Positions 23,754 to 37,278 are shown, counted from the first letter of the whole stretch. The stretch: 63,153 nucleotides of DNA, filler included, from Octopus bimaculoides (GCF_001194135.2; 6 parts of 6 records of this genome joined end to end with filler, not necessarily neighbours in it); one strand, 5' to 3'. Notes: generated from the sequence alone by a model not told the origin. Numbers and translations are program-made.

Positions 23754-24063
23754 TCATCATCATCATCATCATCGTTTAACGTCCGCTTTCCATGCTAGCA
23801 TGGGTTGGACGATTTGACTGAGGACTGGTGAAACCGGATGGCAACACCAGGCTCCAATCTAAATTTGGCAGAGTTTCTACAGCTGGATGCCCTTCCTAAC
23901 GCCAACCACTCAGAGAGTGTAGTAGGTGCTTTTACGTGTCACCTGCACGAAGGCCAGTCAGGCGATACTGGCAACGGCCACGCTCGAAATGGTGTCTTTT
24001 ATGTGCCACCCACACAAGCCAGTCCAGGAGCACTGGCAACGATCTCGCTCGAAAATCCTACGA
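23754..24063 (-). mobile_element. RTE LINE 3' end running into a gap
   Basis: Longest visible copy of the RTE 3' UTR. Confidence 0.9.
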
Positions 24064-24163
24064 NNNNNNNNNNNNNNNNNNNNNNNNNNNNNNNNNNNNN
24101 NNNNNNNTTAATTAATTAANNNNNNNNNNNNNNNNNNNNNNNNNNNNNNNNNNNNNNNNNNNN

Positions 24164-24213
<50 letters not shown>

Positions 24214-24672
24214 TTAGATACACAGGTGTATGCATGTACATTTTCATGCATGTATGTATATATTTAGAGATAAAATATCCGTCATAATAAAGTCGATCCG
24301 ACATTGAGCACCAGGGCTAACACGTCGTTTCTTATATGAAAAATTACAAATGTTTCCTTTAAATGCATTTAATCTAAAATGCATCTGTAAAATTAAGTAT
24401 GATGAACTGTGCATATTTTACGCCCTATCCGAAGATAGATGTTTCTGTGATCAGCCTCACACATATGTTTACCGTTCTAAGTATGTTTTCATAAATATTT
24501 CTAATCGAAACGATATTTATTTTGAAACCATGTGACGCCAACCATTACACACTTACGCACAGCTATATACACAGCACTAACACACAGAAATATGCGCGGG
24601 CGTGCATATTTCTGACTGAGGTGATGTTGTTATTATTACGCTGTGATATTAGATTCACACACGTAACATGCA

Positions 24673-24714
<42 letters not shown>

Positions 24715-25865
24715 NNNNNNNNNNNNNNNNNNNNNNNNNNNNNNNNNNNNNNNNNNNNNNNNNNNNNNNNNNNNNNNNNNNNNNNNNNNNNNNNNNNNNN
24801 NNNNNNNNNNNNNNNNNNNNNNNNNNNNNNNNNNNNNNNNNNNNNNNNNNNNNNNNNNNNNNNNNNNNNNNNNNNNNNNNNNNNNNNNNNNNNNNNNNNN
24901 NNNNNNNNNNNNNNNNNNNNNNNNNNNNNNNNNNNNNNNNNNNNNNNNNNNNNNNNNNNNNNNNNNNNNNNNNNNNNNNNNNNNNNNNNNNNNNNNNNNN
25001 NNNNNNNNNNNNNNNNNNNNNNNNNNNNNNNNNNNNNNNNNNNNNNNNNNNNNNNNNNNNNNNNNNNNNNNNNNNNNNNNNNNNNNNNNNNNNNNNNNNN
25101 NNNNNNNNNNNNNNNNNNNNNNNNNNNNNNNNNNNNNNNNNNNNNNNNNNNNNNNNNNNNNNNNNNNNNNNNNNNNNNNNNNNNNNNNNNNNNNNNNNNN
25201 NNNNNNNNNNNNNNNNNNNNNNNNNNNNNNNNNNNNNNNNNNNNNNNNNNNNNNNNNNNNNNNNNNNNNNNNNNNNNNNNNNNNNNNNNNNNNNNNNNNN
25301 NNNNNNNNNNNNNNNNNNNNNNNNNNNNNNNNNNNNNNNNNNNNNNNNNNNNNNNNNNNNNNNNNNNNNNNNNNNNNNNNNNNNNNNNNNNNNNNNNNNN
25401 NNNNNNNNNNNNNNNNNNNNNNNNNNNNNNNNNNNNNNNNNNNNNNNNNNNNNNNNNNNNNNNNNNNNNNNNNNNNNNNNNNNNNNNNNNNNNNNNNNNN
25501 NNNNNNNNNNNNNNNNNNNNNNNNNNNNNNNNNNNNNNNNNNNNNNNNNNNNNNNNNNNNNNNNNNNNNNNNNNNNNNNNNNNNNNNNNNNNNNNNNNNN
25601 NNNNNNNNNNNNNNNNNNNNNNNNNNNNNNNNNNNNNNNNNNNNNNNNNNNNNNNNNNNNNNNNNNNNNNNNNNNNNNNNNNNNNNNNNNNNNNNNNNNN
25701 NNNNNNATATATATATAGATATGTATGTATGTATATATATGTGTGTATATATATATATATGTATATATATATGTGTATATCCATATATCTATATGTGTGT
25801 GTATATATATTTGTATATATATATGTATATATATATATGTACATTATGTAATTAAGTGTGTATGC

Positions 25866-25896
<31 letters not shown>

Positions 25897-26717
25897 CATA
25901 CATAAACATGCTCAAATATACGGTCACACGCATCTACATTTGAGTATGCATGCGTGTGTATTTTTGTATGCGTGTGTATTTTTGTGTGCGTGTGTGTACG
26001 TAAGTGTGTGCGTGTGCAAATGTAAATATTTTTTTCTAGAACTACGAATCTTTCTCAAACCAAACCGTAATTCTTCACTGTTTCAATCACAAATCTTATT
26101 TCTTATTACGTATCGTATATTTAAAAAAAAGCGGGAACAGAAAAGTCAAACAGAAAAATTTTATTTCATATTTGTATACAATAAATTCATTTTGCAAATG
26201 GGAAGACATTAATCGGACAGACTGACTTGGGAGGGAATGTACCTTCATTCCTGGACTTGTATCACAACTGCTTTGGTGAAGCTACAAGCGAGAAATTAAC
26301 TAAATGACGAATATATGCTGCATTATTATGAAAAAAAAAATATTGCATAGTGAAATACAAAGGAGACTTCATCAGGTGGATATCCATATACATACAGCTC
26401 ACATACTTACACTCAAATACATGTATATGACTACAGATATACATAAGCCAATAGATATAGTTAACATACTGAACATAGGTGGAACATTATTATAGTTTCA
26501 AATTGTACATCTCTTTATATCATTTCTATTTCACTCGATAAGCGCGTATGTGAGTGCATATCAAGATGTATATTTTCGTGCGTGGGTTTAGGTCAAAACG
26601 TGTGTATGTGTATGCTTGTGTATTTGTTTGCGTGTGCGTGTATATAGACATATGTACACATATGTGTGTATGCAGGTATATATATATTTATATATGTGTA
26701 TGTGTATGGCCATATAC

Positions 26718-26755
<38 letters not shown>

Positions 26756-27585
26756 NNNNNNNNNNNNNNNNNNNNNNNNNNNNNNNNNNNNNNNNNNNNN
26801 NNNNNNNNNNNNNNNNNNNNNNNNNNNNNNNNNNNNNNNNNNNNNNNNNNNNNNNNNNNNNNNNNNNNNNNNNNNNNNNNNNNNNNNNNNNNNNNNNNNN
26901 NNNNNNNNNNNNNNNNNNNNNNNNNNNNNNNNNNNNNNNNNNNNNNNNNNNNNNNNNNNNNNNNNNNNNNNNNNNNNNNNNNNNNNNNNNNNNNNNNNNN
27001 NNNNNNNNNNNNNNNNNNNNNNNNNNNNNNNNNNNNNNNNNNNNNNNNNNNNNNNNNNNNNNNNNNNNNNNNNNNNNNNNNNNNNNNNNNNNNNNNNNNN
27101 NNNNNNNNNNNNNNNNNNNNNNNNNNNNNNNNNNNNNNNNNNNNNNNNNNNNNNNNNNNNNNNNNNNNNNNNNNNNNNNNNNNNNNNNNNNNNNNNNNNN
27201 NNNNNNNNNNNNNNNNATACATATGTATCTATATATATGTATCTGTATATTATATTCGTATTATATCTACCCACTAGAAACCACGAATAACAAATATATT
27301 TCTATGTAGACACTAGATAATTGACATGGGGTATGTTATGTTCTAAAGAACATAAGATTAATCTTTTGAAATTGAAATACAAATGTTGATACATGTAGTT
27401 ACATCCCTTTATATATACATATATATATATGTGCGTGTGTATGTGTGTATACACATATGTATATATATATATATATACAAATAAATACATATATACACAT
27501 ATACTCATACATGCATTTTTTTTTTTAAGTTTCAGCTTAGAGCTGCGGCCATGCTGATGCACCACCATGTATATGTGTGCGTATA

Positions 27586-27661
<76 letters not shown>

Positions 27662-27690
27662 TAGAATATATATATATATACATATACAGA

Positions 27691-27721
<31 letters not shown>

Positions 27722-28031
27722 TCGACATATAAATGTTGTGTGGACTTGTACTTCAAGATACACATATATATATATGTATGTGTGTATGTGTGTATGCGTT
27801 TTCTCTGAACAAACTGCTCAGATTTATTTGAAGCGATCCAAAGTTTGTGCCGTACATTAGTTCTATCCCTCCATCAAATTTCCCACACACGTGCTCGCTG
27901 TGCCACTTGTCAGATGTTAAACTGTTTACAGAGCAACGTAAACCGAAATGTTTTGCTGAAGAACACAACGCATTTCCCGTTCCGGAATTCGAAACCACGA
28001 TCGTAGGTGCAGCCCTCACTTTATGTATATG

Positions 28032-28064
<33 letters not shown>

Positions 28065-29052
28065 GTATGTGTAGGAGTGGGGAGAGAAACAGACAGACAG
28101 AAAGAAAGAGAGAGATCGTGTTTGTATGCATGTATGCATGTATGTATGTAAGTTAATCACTGAGAAGAAAGTGTATAATATAACGTGAGGATATAAAAGT
28201 AGAAATATATATAGCTAATATAAACGCATTAAATAAAAATATATAAGTTACTTGAATACAGGTCAGTGGTCGGTCAAACCCTGTGGAATTCAGGCAGCTG
28301 ATTAAATGGTTTCCATTAGACTGAAAGTTTCAGAAAAATGTTTATTCTTAAGAGATTTAAGATGTCCATTTGTCATTTATATGAAATAAATGAGTTCTTG
28401 TTTCTGAATGTGTGTGTATTTTGTATGTATATGTGTGATGGGTTGCGTGTCTGTGAATGTATATTTGCGAAAAGTGATGTTATTTACAAATACTGATTGT
28501 GTGTCAAAAATCTATTCAAAACATATAATTTTAATATTGTCCATAATTTTTTTCTTGACCGACTACTGAATAACATTCATCTAACTTTTGATCGATGGCT
28601 TTCTTCGTTTAACTCATTCATACCAACTGCATATACTTACTTGTTTGATTTCATTTTACGTTTACCTCTACATCCGATATTGTTTTTCCTTAAATTTGTT
28701 CTTAACCTGTGAACAGTTTCACCAGTTGTCCAATACCAATTTGTAAAATTTCCTTTCATTATATCCATAACAAATGTAAAATACTACCGAAACAGTGCAG
28801 GTTCTTAATGAGGTTTTCCTTTCGATTTCCTACAAGAGAAACTGTAGCTGATCATATTTCACTAGCTCACTATGCCATGAGGTGAAACTTGAAGTCCAGT
28901 TAACATGAAACTGAAAATGAATTTGAATCAGTCACAAAAGGTCCGGCTGTTAATTTTAAACAAGCGTTAAAATAATAACTTCCATTTAACATTTTCTTAT
29001 ATAAACGAATTATGTATGTATGTATGTATGCATGAATGTATACGTAGACATA

Positions 29053-29090
<38 letters not shown>

Positions 29091-29618
29091 NNNNNNNNNN
29101 NNNNNNNNNNNNNNNNNNNNNNNNNNNNNNNNNNNNNNNNNNNNNNNNNNNNNNNNNNNNNNNNNNNNNNNNNNNNNNNNNNNNNNNNNNNNNNNNNNNN
29201 NNNNNNNNNNNNNNNNNNNNNNNNNNNNNNNNNNNNNNNNNNNNNNNNNNNNNNNNNNNNNNNNNNNNNNNNNNNNNNNNNNNNNNNNNNNNNNNNNNNN
29301 NNNNNNNNNNNNNNNNNNNNNNNNNNNNNNNNNNNNNNNNNNNNNNNNNNNNNNNNNNNNNNNNNNNNNNNNNNNNNNNNNNNNNNNNNNNNNNNNNNNN
29401 NNNNNNNNNNNNNNNNNNNNNNNNNNNNNNNNNNNNNNNNNNNNNNNNNNNNNNNNNNNNNNNNNNNNNNNNNNNNNNNNNNNNNNNNNNNNNNNNNNNN
29501 NNNNNNNNNNNNNNNNNNNNNNNNNNNNNNNNNNNNNNNNNNNNNNNNNNNNNNNNNNNNNNNNNNNNNNNNNNNNNNNNNNNNNNNNNNNNNNNNNNNN
29601 NNNNNNNNNNNNNNNNNN

Positions 29619-30409
29619 CAATAAAGCTTAGTTCAAATCATACAAATTTTCATCGTTGACTTCAACAACTTGGAAAGGTTCCTAAACTAGGAAAATGGGT
29701 GCCTCACGAACTGTCCGAAAACAACCGCAAATCCCGAGTTGACATTTGCTCTTCTCTCCATTCTCGCGAACTCATTTCACCTTTTTTGGATAGACTTGTG
29801 ACTGGTGACGAAAAATGGATCTTCTATCGAAATGTTAAACTTCGTAAACAGTGGCTTAGTAAAAGGGAAAGAGCGCAAGCACAACCTAGAAGGGAACTTC
29901 ATGGGAAAAAGGTTCTTCTCTTTATCTGGTGGGATTGTAAAGAAGTAATTCACTTTGAGTGTTACCACTTAATGCTACAATCAATGCTCAAGTCTACTGT
30001 TATCAATTAGAGCGTTTGAACCAAGCTTTGAAGAACAGAAGACCCGCTTTAGTGAATCGGAAAGGAGTGATGTTTCATCAGGACAATGCGCAACCCCACA
30101 CGGTTAAGATCACATCACAGAAGACCGAAGATCTTGGTTGGGAAAAAATTCTTCATCCACCTTATTCTCCTGATCTTGTTCCTTCAGACTACCATTTGTT
30201 TCGCAAGCCAGGAGGTGATCGAACTGACATTTAAGAGTTCTTCGATTTGAAAGCAAAACAGTTTTGCATTGATGGGATTATAAAGCTTGTAAATAGATGG
30301 AAAGAAGTCATAGGTAATGCATTGATGATTAAATATCAATTAAATATAACATTTGATCACTTGTTTTCTTTATTCAAAATTCGAACAGAACTTATGGGAT
30401 GACCTGTTA
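29619..30409 (+). pseudogene. Mariner (DD34D) transposase pseudogene with right TIR; 5' part in gap
   Basis: KWVPHEL, VTGDEKW, HQDNAQPH, PYSPDLVPSDYHLF, C-terminal LVNRWKEVI; frameshift near 29960; terminus aacttatgggatgacctgt|TA. Confidence 0.95.
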
Positions 30410-31621
30410 TATATATATATATATATATNNNNNNNNNNNNNNNNNNNNNNNNNNNNNNNNNNNNNNNNNNNNNNNNNNNNNNNNNNNNNNNNNNNNNNNN
30501 NNNNNNNNNNNNNNNNNNNNNNNNNNNNNNNNNNNNNNNNNNNNNNNNNNNNNNNNNNNNNNNNNNNNNNNNNNNNNNNNNNNNNNNNNNNNNNNNNNNN
30601 NNNNNNNNNNNNNNNNNNNNNNNNNNNNNNNNNNNNNNNNNNNNNNNNNNNNNNNNNNNNNNNNNNNNNNNNNNNNNNNNNNNNNNNNNNNNNNNNNNNN
30701 NNNNNNNNNNNNNNNNNNNNNNNNNNNNNNNNNNNNNNNNNNNNNNNNNNNNNNNNNNNNNNNNNNNNNNNNNNNNNNNNNNNNNNNNNNNNNNNNNNNN
30801 NNNNNNNNNNNNNNNNNNNNNNNNNNNNNNNNNNNNNNNNNNNNNNNNNNNNNNNNNNNNNNNNNNNNNNNNNNNNNNNNNNNTGTGTGTGTGTGTGTGT
30901 GTGTGTGTGTTTGTATGAGCACGTTTTTTTTTCGATGAATTGCGAAGCGGTGACGAATGACAGATCGGTAAATAGTAATAATATTTTATAAACTTAAAAC
31001 TTATAAGCGATCCCCGTGTATTGACTAATACAAACAGGCTCCAGTATACATGCTCCAGCACGGCCGCGATCAAATGACTGAAAAAAGTAAAAGAATAAAA
31101 GAATATGCAGACACACGTCTTGTGTGTATGTCTGGTATGTGTGTTATTGATGCATTTAGTTTTATAAAGATGAAGCTATATTTATCCCGAATGAAACTAT
31201 GAACAAGATAAAAAGCATCTGTATGGCGCAAAAGTACCTATTCTGCGGTGTATTGAATTATTTTTTTCTTGCCTAGTTCATTCTACCAAAACCGATAAAC
31301 TCTCGGAATCCCGTTCACCATTACAAATAGCTATATAGCCAAACATGTAAGTACATACATACACATCCGCATGCACACACTGACACCCATTTATATGCTC
31401 ATGTAGCTAGCGACATTACATATGGGGAGGACATATGTGCCTGTATGTATATGTATATGTGTATAGGGGGAGAGACAGACAGACAAACAAACAGACTAAC
31501 AGACAGACAGGAGAAGAAAGAGCTAGTAGCAGACTTTCCTATATACAGACCTATTCTACCTTCATTTAGGCACACATATTTTCATTCATGGTGCATGACC
31601 AAGTGGTTTTTTACGTATATA

Positions 31622-31657
<36 letters not shown>

Positions 31658-31740
31658 TTTGTGTGTTTGTGTGCTTGTGTGTGTGTGTGTGTGTGTGTGT
31701 TTGTGTGCTTGTGTGTGTGTGTGTGTATGTGTGTGTGTGC

Positions 31741-31815
<75 letters not shown>

Positions 31816-33715
31816 CAACCACTTGGTCATGCACACTCATAAAAGCTTACGTGTGTACGATTGCATCCAAGCAACACATTCCACCACACATAAATACCTT
31901 TGCTGGACAAGAGTAAGCCTTTGTAGAGATACAATTCCCGGCAAACTGGTTCACAATAGACGCTGATCTTGTTGTGTGGTTACGAATGTCACTACACAGC
32001 TATAGAGCTTCCTGTTCCATCGAAGCTGCACAGCACTGGACTTAATCATGTTTAACACCACTGGTTGGACCTTATGCCACTTTTAGCAGTTTTCTTTCTA
32101 TAGCAAGCATTCGGACCAGATTTCTGCTTTGATGATAACTTCCTCCACTCTGACAAACTCGGCTGCCCTAACGAGTGTCAAAGATAAAGTCATTCCTCGT
32201 AGGCCATTACGTAAACCTAATCTTGCTTCCATCCCTGATCACAGCTCGTCCACTTCTTATATGTCACTAGATCTCACCAGTTTCTATAAGGAAAACAAAG
32301 ACGTCATACCGTCTTCTATTTCACTCATTTATGGGTTTTGACCTTGAGCCTAGCCAAGATGTGTAGGTATGTGGGGGTATATGTACGTGAGCGTGTGTGT
32401 GCGGGTGTATGGGCATGCGTGTGTGTGTGTGTGATAATGCTATTTCACATTTTTTATACATTTCTTTTCTTTTGGTAGAGGCATAAACATCAGTCTCTTC
32501 TTTCTCTAAAGATAATTGACCTGTGAGACAGTGTGTAAGGTAGACTTCTAACTTGTTGATTCCCTGATTCGATTTCAATTCCTGACGCAAAGCCAGATTG
32601 ATCATTTCACTAACGCCCTTGTCAAAACAATAAACATAAAAAAAAGACACATTTGGACACCAACTTCCTCTGTTTTCACTCTCTCCCGTACTTTCACTTT
32701 CTCCACCACCTTTTCCTTCTCTCATTTTCTCTTTCTATATTTCTCTCCTTCTCTCTTCTCTTTCTCTCCTCTCTCTACTTCATCTAAAATAATGTTCCAG
32801 CGTATGATAAAAAAAAATATTAACAAGACAGTAATTATTTATAAAAAGGATGACCATCATCATGGTGATCATGATGATTGTTGTAATTATGATGATAATC
32901 ATGATGATGAAGATAGTGATGATGGCTAAGAGCGATCATGTTTAAGAATTGTCTATATTTCGTTGGGTACGATCTGACTTTCCGTCAAAAGACGGCAAAC
33001 ATGAGTGATATTACAAGAAGAAAAAGACTATATTTATGATGATTATGAAAAAGAGTATTATAGTTAAGATTATGATGGACTCCCTTCAAACAAACAGAAA
33101 AAAATGTGAACAAAAATAACTAGAAAATTAAAACAACAGTTTCCTTTTTTTTTTAATTATTTGTCTATTACTATGTTAAAGTTAATGTTAACCATATTGA
33201 GTTCTATTTTTATTCTTATTATTGCTTATATTACTTATACATGTCTTGATTTTCATGTTTATATTTCTCTATAATTCTTTGCTTTCTTTTGCTGAAATGA
33301 TTTTGAATGAAACCCATACACACAGATTCATGCACACACACACGCACACACAGATTCACACACACACACACACGCACGCACAACCAGACACACGTGCGCG
33401 CGCTCACACATACACACAAATGCACACATACGCACATAATACACACATACATATTTTGGTTAATGAGTTCAAGTGACCGTAGAGAACGGCATGTTAGAAA
33501 CAGAACAAAGACCGTATTAGAATCGTGGTTAAATCTTGATTCAAACACAGAGAAAATAAAACACATCACCTTCAACATACTTCCAAAATAACGTTGTATT
33601 GAGGATTTTCTAGTTCAGTGTTGCAAATAATAAAAAAAAAATTAATATACGTATGCGCACACACGCACACGCACACACACACACACACACAGTCACTCAC
33701 TCTCACACACACTAC

Positions 33716-33829
33716 TTATCAGAAGCAACAGAGTGACTCAAGAATCAAGAGCTTGATGGGTTGACACTTATTAATAAGTGCCACCACACCAAACTCTCGG
33801 TCCTTGAGTCACTCTGTTGCTTCTGCTAA
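33716..33829. mobile_element. 114-bp MITE with 23-bp perfect inverted repeat
   Basis: cagaagcaacagagtgactcaag (33720-33742) / cttgagtcactctgttgcttctg (33803-33825); internal palindrome cacttattaataagtg. Confidence 0.85.
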
Positions 33830-33886
33830 ATATTATTACATAGTCTCATATTCTGAGTTCTACTTTTCCTGTTTGTATCATCATAC

Positions 33887-33951
<65 letters not shown>

Positions 33952-33959
33952 AACACAAC

Positions 33960-34552
33960 TAAAAGAGCTACAAATAGTTTCATGCTTTTATTGTACTTGA
34001 ACAGGCATATCTATGAAATATGGCATGTACCTTAAAGCAATCTTTCAGGCCTTGTTCATACGTTATATATATATTTAAAAACAAAGATGTAAAAAAAAAG
34101 GGAAAATCGTGGAAAAGCGTGAAGACGGTCGGTGCAAAAAATGGAACGAGAAAAAAGATACGAAATCAGGAAAACTAAGCTCGTTAAATACCACTAGAAT
34201 AGATCAAAATAACAGAAATATGTCAAAGTCTGTGAGACGGCTCCTCAATCGAGAGCAGCTGATGTTCTCCAATTCGATGAAAGAAATCTGTCCATGTGTC
34301 TACACCTGCTAAAATCTTGAATGAAGCAGTGTGTTGGAATTACTGGCTTTAAGAAGAATATGGAATCTTTCTGCTACGCATAATTCGCATTTCTTAGATC
34401 CACTAACATATGGCTTGGATTTCTCCACTATTCTCCATTTAATTGTATGTGTGAGGCTACTCTTCAAATTCCAAACGTGGCTAGCCAATTTAGTTGCATT
34501 ACTTTTATCGAAGTGCCGGAAAGGTAGGTGGTTTGCATAATGTGTCTTATCC
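33960..34552 (-). mobile_element. Penelope-like element 3' fragment: GIY-YIG C-terminus plus terminal repeat region with hammerhead remnant
   Basis: YANHLPFRHFDKSNATKLASHVWNLK...IKWRIVEKSKPYVSGSKKCELCVAERFHIL...SRCRHMDRFLSSNW; hammerhead-like core at 33965-34051 on the same strand. Confidence 0.85.
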
Positions 34553-34610
34553 AAGTTTCCATCCTATGATGTTGGTCTATATCGAGGTGATGGTTTGGGA
34601 ATATCTTATG
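34551..34610 (+). mobile_element. Penelope RT active-site fragment in inverted orientation
   Basis: KFPSYDVGLYRGDGLGIS resembles the GLYRDDGL motif of Penelope RT. Confidence 0.6.
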
Positions 34611-34757
34611 GCTGTATATATGCATATTATGTTTATATATATATAGTTAGTATATGTGTGCAGATGGATAGCTACGTAGATAGATACATAGACATGGACA
34701 GACAGATGACTATATATATGTACATATATTAATCATATACTGATATATAGATATTCA

Positions 34758-34828
<71 letters not shown>

Positions 34829-34880
34829 TGTATTGCATATATGCATATCTAATATATATATTGAATACATACATTGATTT

Positions 34881-35058
34881 TTTATTCTTTAATTTGTTTC
34901 AGTCATTTGACTGCGGCCATACTGGAGCACCGACCTTAGTCGAGCAAAGCCTAGTACTTATTCTATTGGTCTATTTTGCCAAACCGCTAGGTTACGAGGA
35001 CGTAAAAACACCAGCATCGGTTGTCAAGCGACGTTGGGGGAACAACACAGACACACAA
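34881..35058 (-). mobile_element. Family-B SINE 3' half
   Basis: cagtcatttgactgcggccatactggagcacc...aaccgctaggttacgaggacgtaaa. Confidence 0.85.
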
Positions 35059-35062
35059 ATAT

Positions 35063-35119
<57 letters not shown>

Positions 35120-35565
35120 NNNNNNNNNNNNNNNNNNNNNNNNNNNNNNNNNNNNNNNNNNNNNNNNNNNNNNNNNNNNNNNNNNNNNNNNNNNNNNNNN
35201 NNNNNNNNNNNNNNNNNNNNNNNNNNNNNNNNNNNNNNNNNNNNNNNNNNNNNNNNNNNNNNNNNNNNNNNNNNNNNNNNNNNNNNNNNNNNNNNNNNNN
35301 NNNNNNNNNNNNNNNNNNNNNNNNNNNNNNNNNNNNNNNNNNNNNNNNNNNNNNNNNNNNNNNNNNNNNNNNNNNNNNNNNNNNNNNNNNNNNNNNNNNN
35401 NNNNNNNNNNNNNNNNNNNNNNNNNNNNNNNNNNNNNNNNNNNNNNNNNNNNNNNNNNNNNNNNNNNNNNNNNNNNNNNNNNNNNNNNNNNNNNNNNNNN
35501 NNNNNNNNNNNNNNNNNNNNNNNNNNNNNNNNNNNNNNNNNNNNNNNNNNNNNNNNNNNNNNNNN

Positions 35566-35612
<47 letters not shown>

Positions 35613-35629
35613 GTATGTATATATCTATG

Positions 35630-35828
35630 CATGTGTATCTTTGTGCCTGTGTTTGTGCCCCCATCATCGCTTGAAAACCAATGTTCGCATGTTTACATCC
35701 TCATAACTTCGCAATTTTGCCAAAAAAACGGTAGAATAAGTACTAGGCTGAAAAATAAGTCCTGGGGTCACCTTGTCCAGCTAAAACTCTTCGAGGCGGT
35801 ACTCCAGCATGTGACTGAAGGAAGTAAA

Positions 35829-35830
<2 letters not shown>
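35630..35830 (+). mobile_element. Family-B SINE 3' half, inverted relative to 34881-35058
   Basis: gtgtttgtgccccc...tagaataagtactaggct...ggcggtactccagcatg. Confidence 0.8.
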
Positions 35831-35903
<73 letters not shown>

Positions 35904-36422
35904 CGGAGAAAAAAATTTGAATGGTGTTGGTCAACGGTCTATCATAGCTTCTGCTTACATGATTCTGCTTTACATGTTTCTGTCCTTTAACTACGGCCTT
36001 GCTGAAGAACCACCTTGAAGAGTTTTAGTCAAGCAAATCGACCCCAGTACTTATTTTTACAGCCTGATAGTCTGTCAATCCCCTTTGCCGTACGTGGACG
36101 TAAACACACCAACACAGATCGGAAGNNNNNNNNNNNNNNNNNNNNNNNNNNNNNNNNNNNNNNNNNNNNTTAATTAATTAANNNNNNNNNNNNNNNNNNN
36201 NNNNNNNNNNNNNNNNNNNNNNNNNATATACACATACATATACATACAAACATACAGACACACACACACACATATAGTGTATGAATATATTATTCCGTAG
36301 ATTGGAAGAATCCCTCGAGAATGTTCATCTGTCAACGGGGGTGTAAAGAGGCATTCCTAACTCGCATATTTTTCCCTTAGAAGATTTCAGAACATCCATA
36401 CATACATCCAACCATGCCTACA

Positions 36423-36590
36423 CTGCACTCCGTCGGTTACGACGACGAGTGTTCCAGTGGATCCGATCAACGGAACAGCCTTCCCGCGAAGTTAACGTTC
36501 AAATGGTTGAGCACTCCACAGACACGCGAACCCTTAATGTATTTCCCAGGGAAATTCCATGTGACACAGAATGTGACAAAAATGAGGTCA
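36423..36590 (-). mobile_element. tRNA SINE 3' half (family D)
   Basis: gcactccgtcggttacgacgacgag (36425-36449) is the exact reverse complement of 55572-55596. Confidence 0.7.
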
Positions 36591-36679
36591 CTCGAAAGAG
36601 ACACCTCTATCCCATTGGATTATAGTGATAAACACGAGTACCATTCTCTGAGTCTTCGTGACTCGTTGGAGTATTAAAT

Positions 36680-37060
36680 CAACCCTCAGTGTCCAACTGG
36701 TTTTTATTTTATCACCCCCAAAAGAATGGAAGGCAAAGTCGACATTGGCGGAATTTGAATTAAAGATGGACGAAATACCGTTAAGCATTTTTGCCCGGCC
36801 TGCTAATGATTCTGTCAGATCACCGTCATGAAACTGATGTCAAATTTTGGCACAAAGCCAGAAATTTCGGAGCAGAGGGTAAGTCGATTACATCGATCCC
36901 CAGTGCTCCACTGGTACTTACCTTATCGATTTCAAAAGGGATAAAGGCAAAATCGACTTTAGCGGTTATTGAACTCAGCGGGTATTGAACTCACAACGAA
37001 ATGCCACTAAGCATTTTACCCCGTCTGATAACGATTCTGTAGGCTCGGCGCCTTAGTAAT
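36680..37060 (-). mobile_element. Two tandem family-C SINEs (36680-36826 and 36832-37060)
   Basis: Both show ggcaaa.tcgac, gaa.tt/gaactc, taagcatttt and aa.gattctg.cag motifs. Confidence 0.8.
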
Positions 37061-37067
37061 AACAATG

Positions 37068-37139
<72 letters not shown>

Positions 37140-37140
<1 letters not shown>

Positions 37141-37278
37141 CCGCCATGTCGCGCATATATGGTTGTGATGCATGTGCATGGTGTACCCTTATCAGACGGG
37201 GGAGTCATGATTGGTATACTGGGTTTCGTATATCTGTACCCCAGTGTCACTTCGATGGCACTCGCTGCTCTCTCACTC

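Noticed and set aside
26205-26306. QTDLGGNVPSF resembling a START-domain C-terminus
   Set aside because: Only a short motif; weak acceptor, upstream stop, no other START motifs
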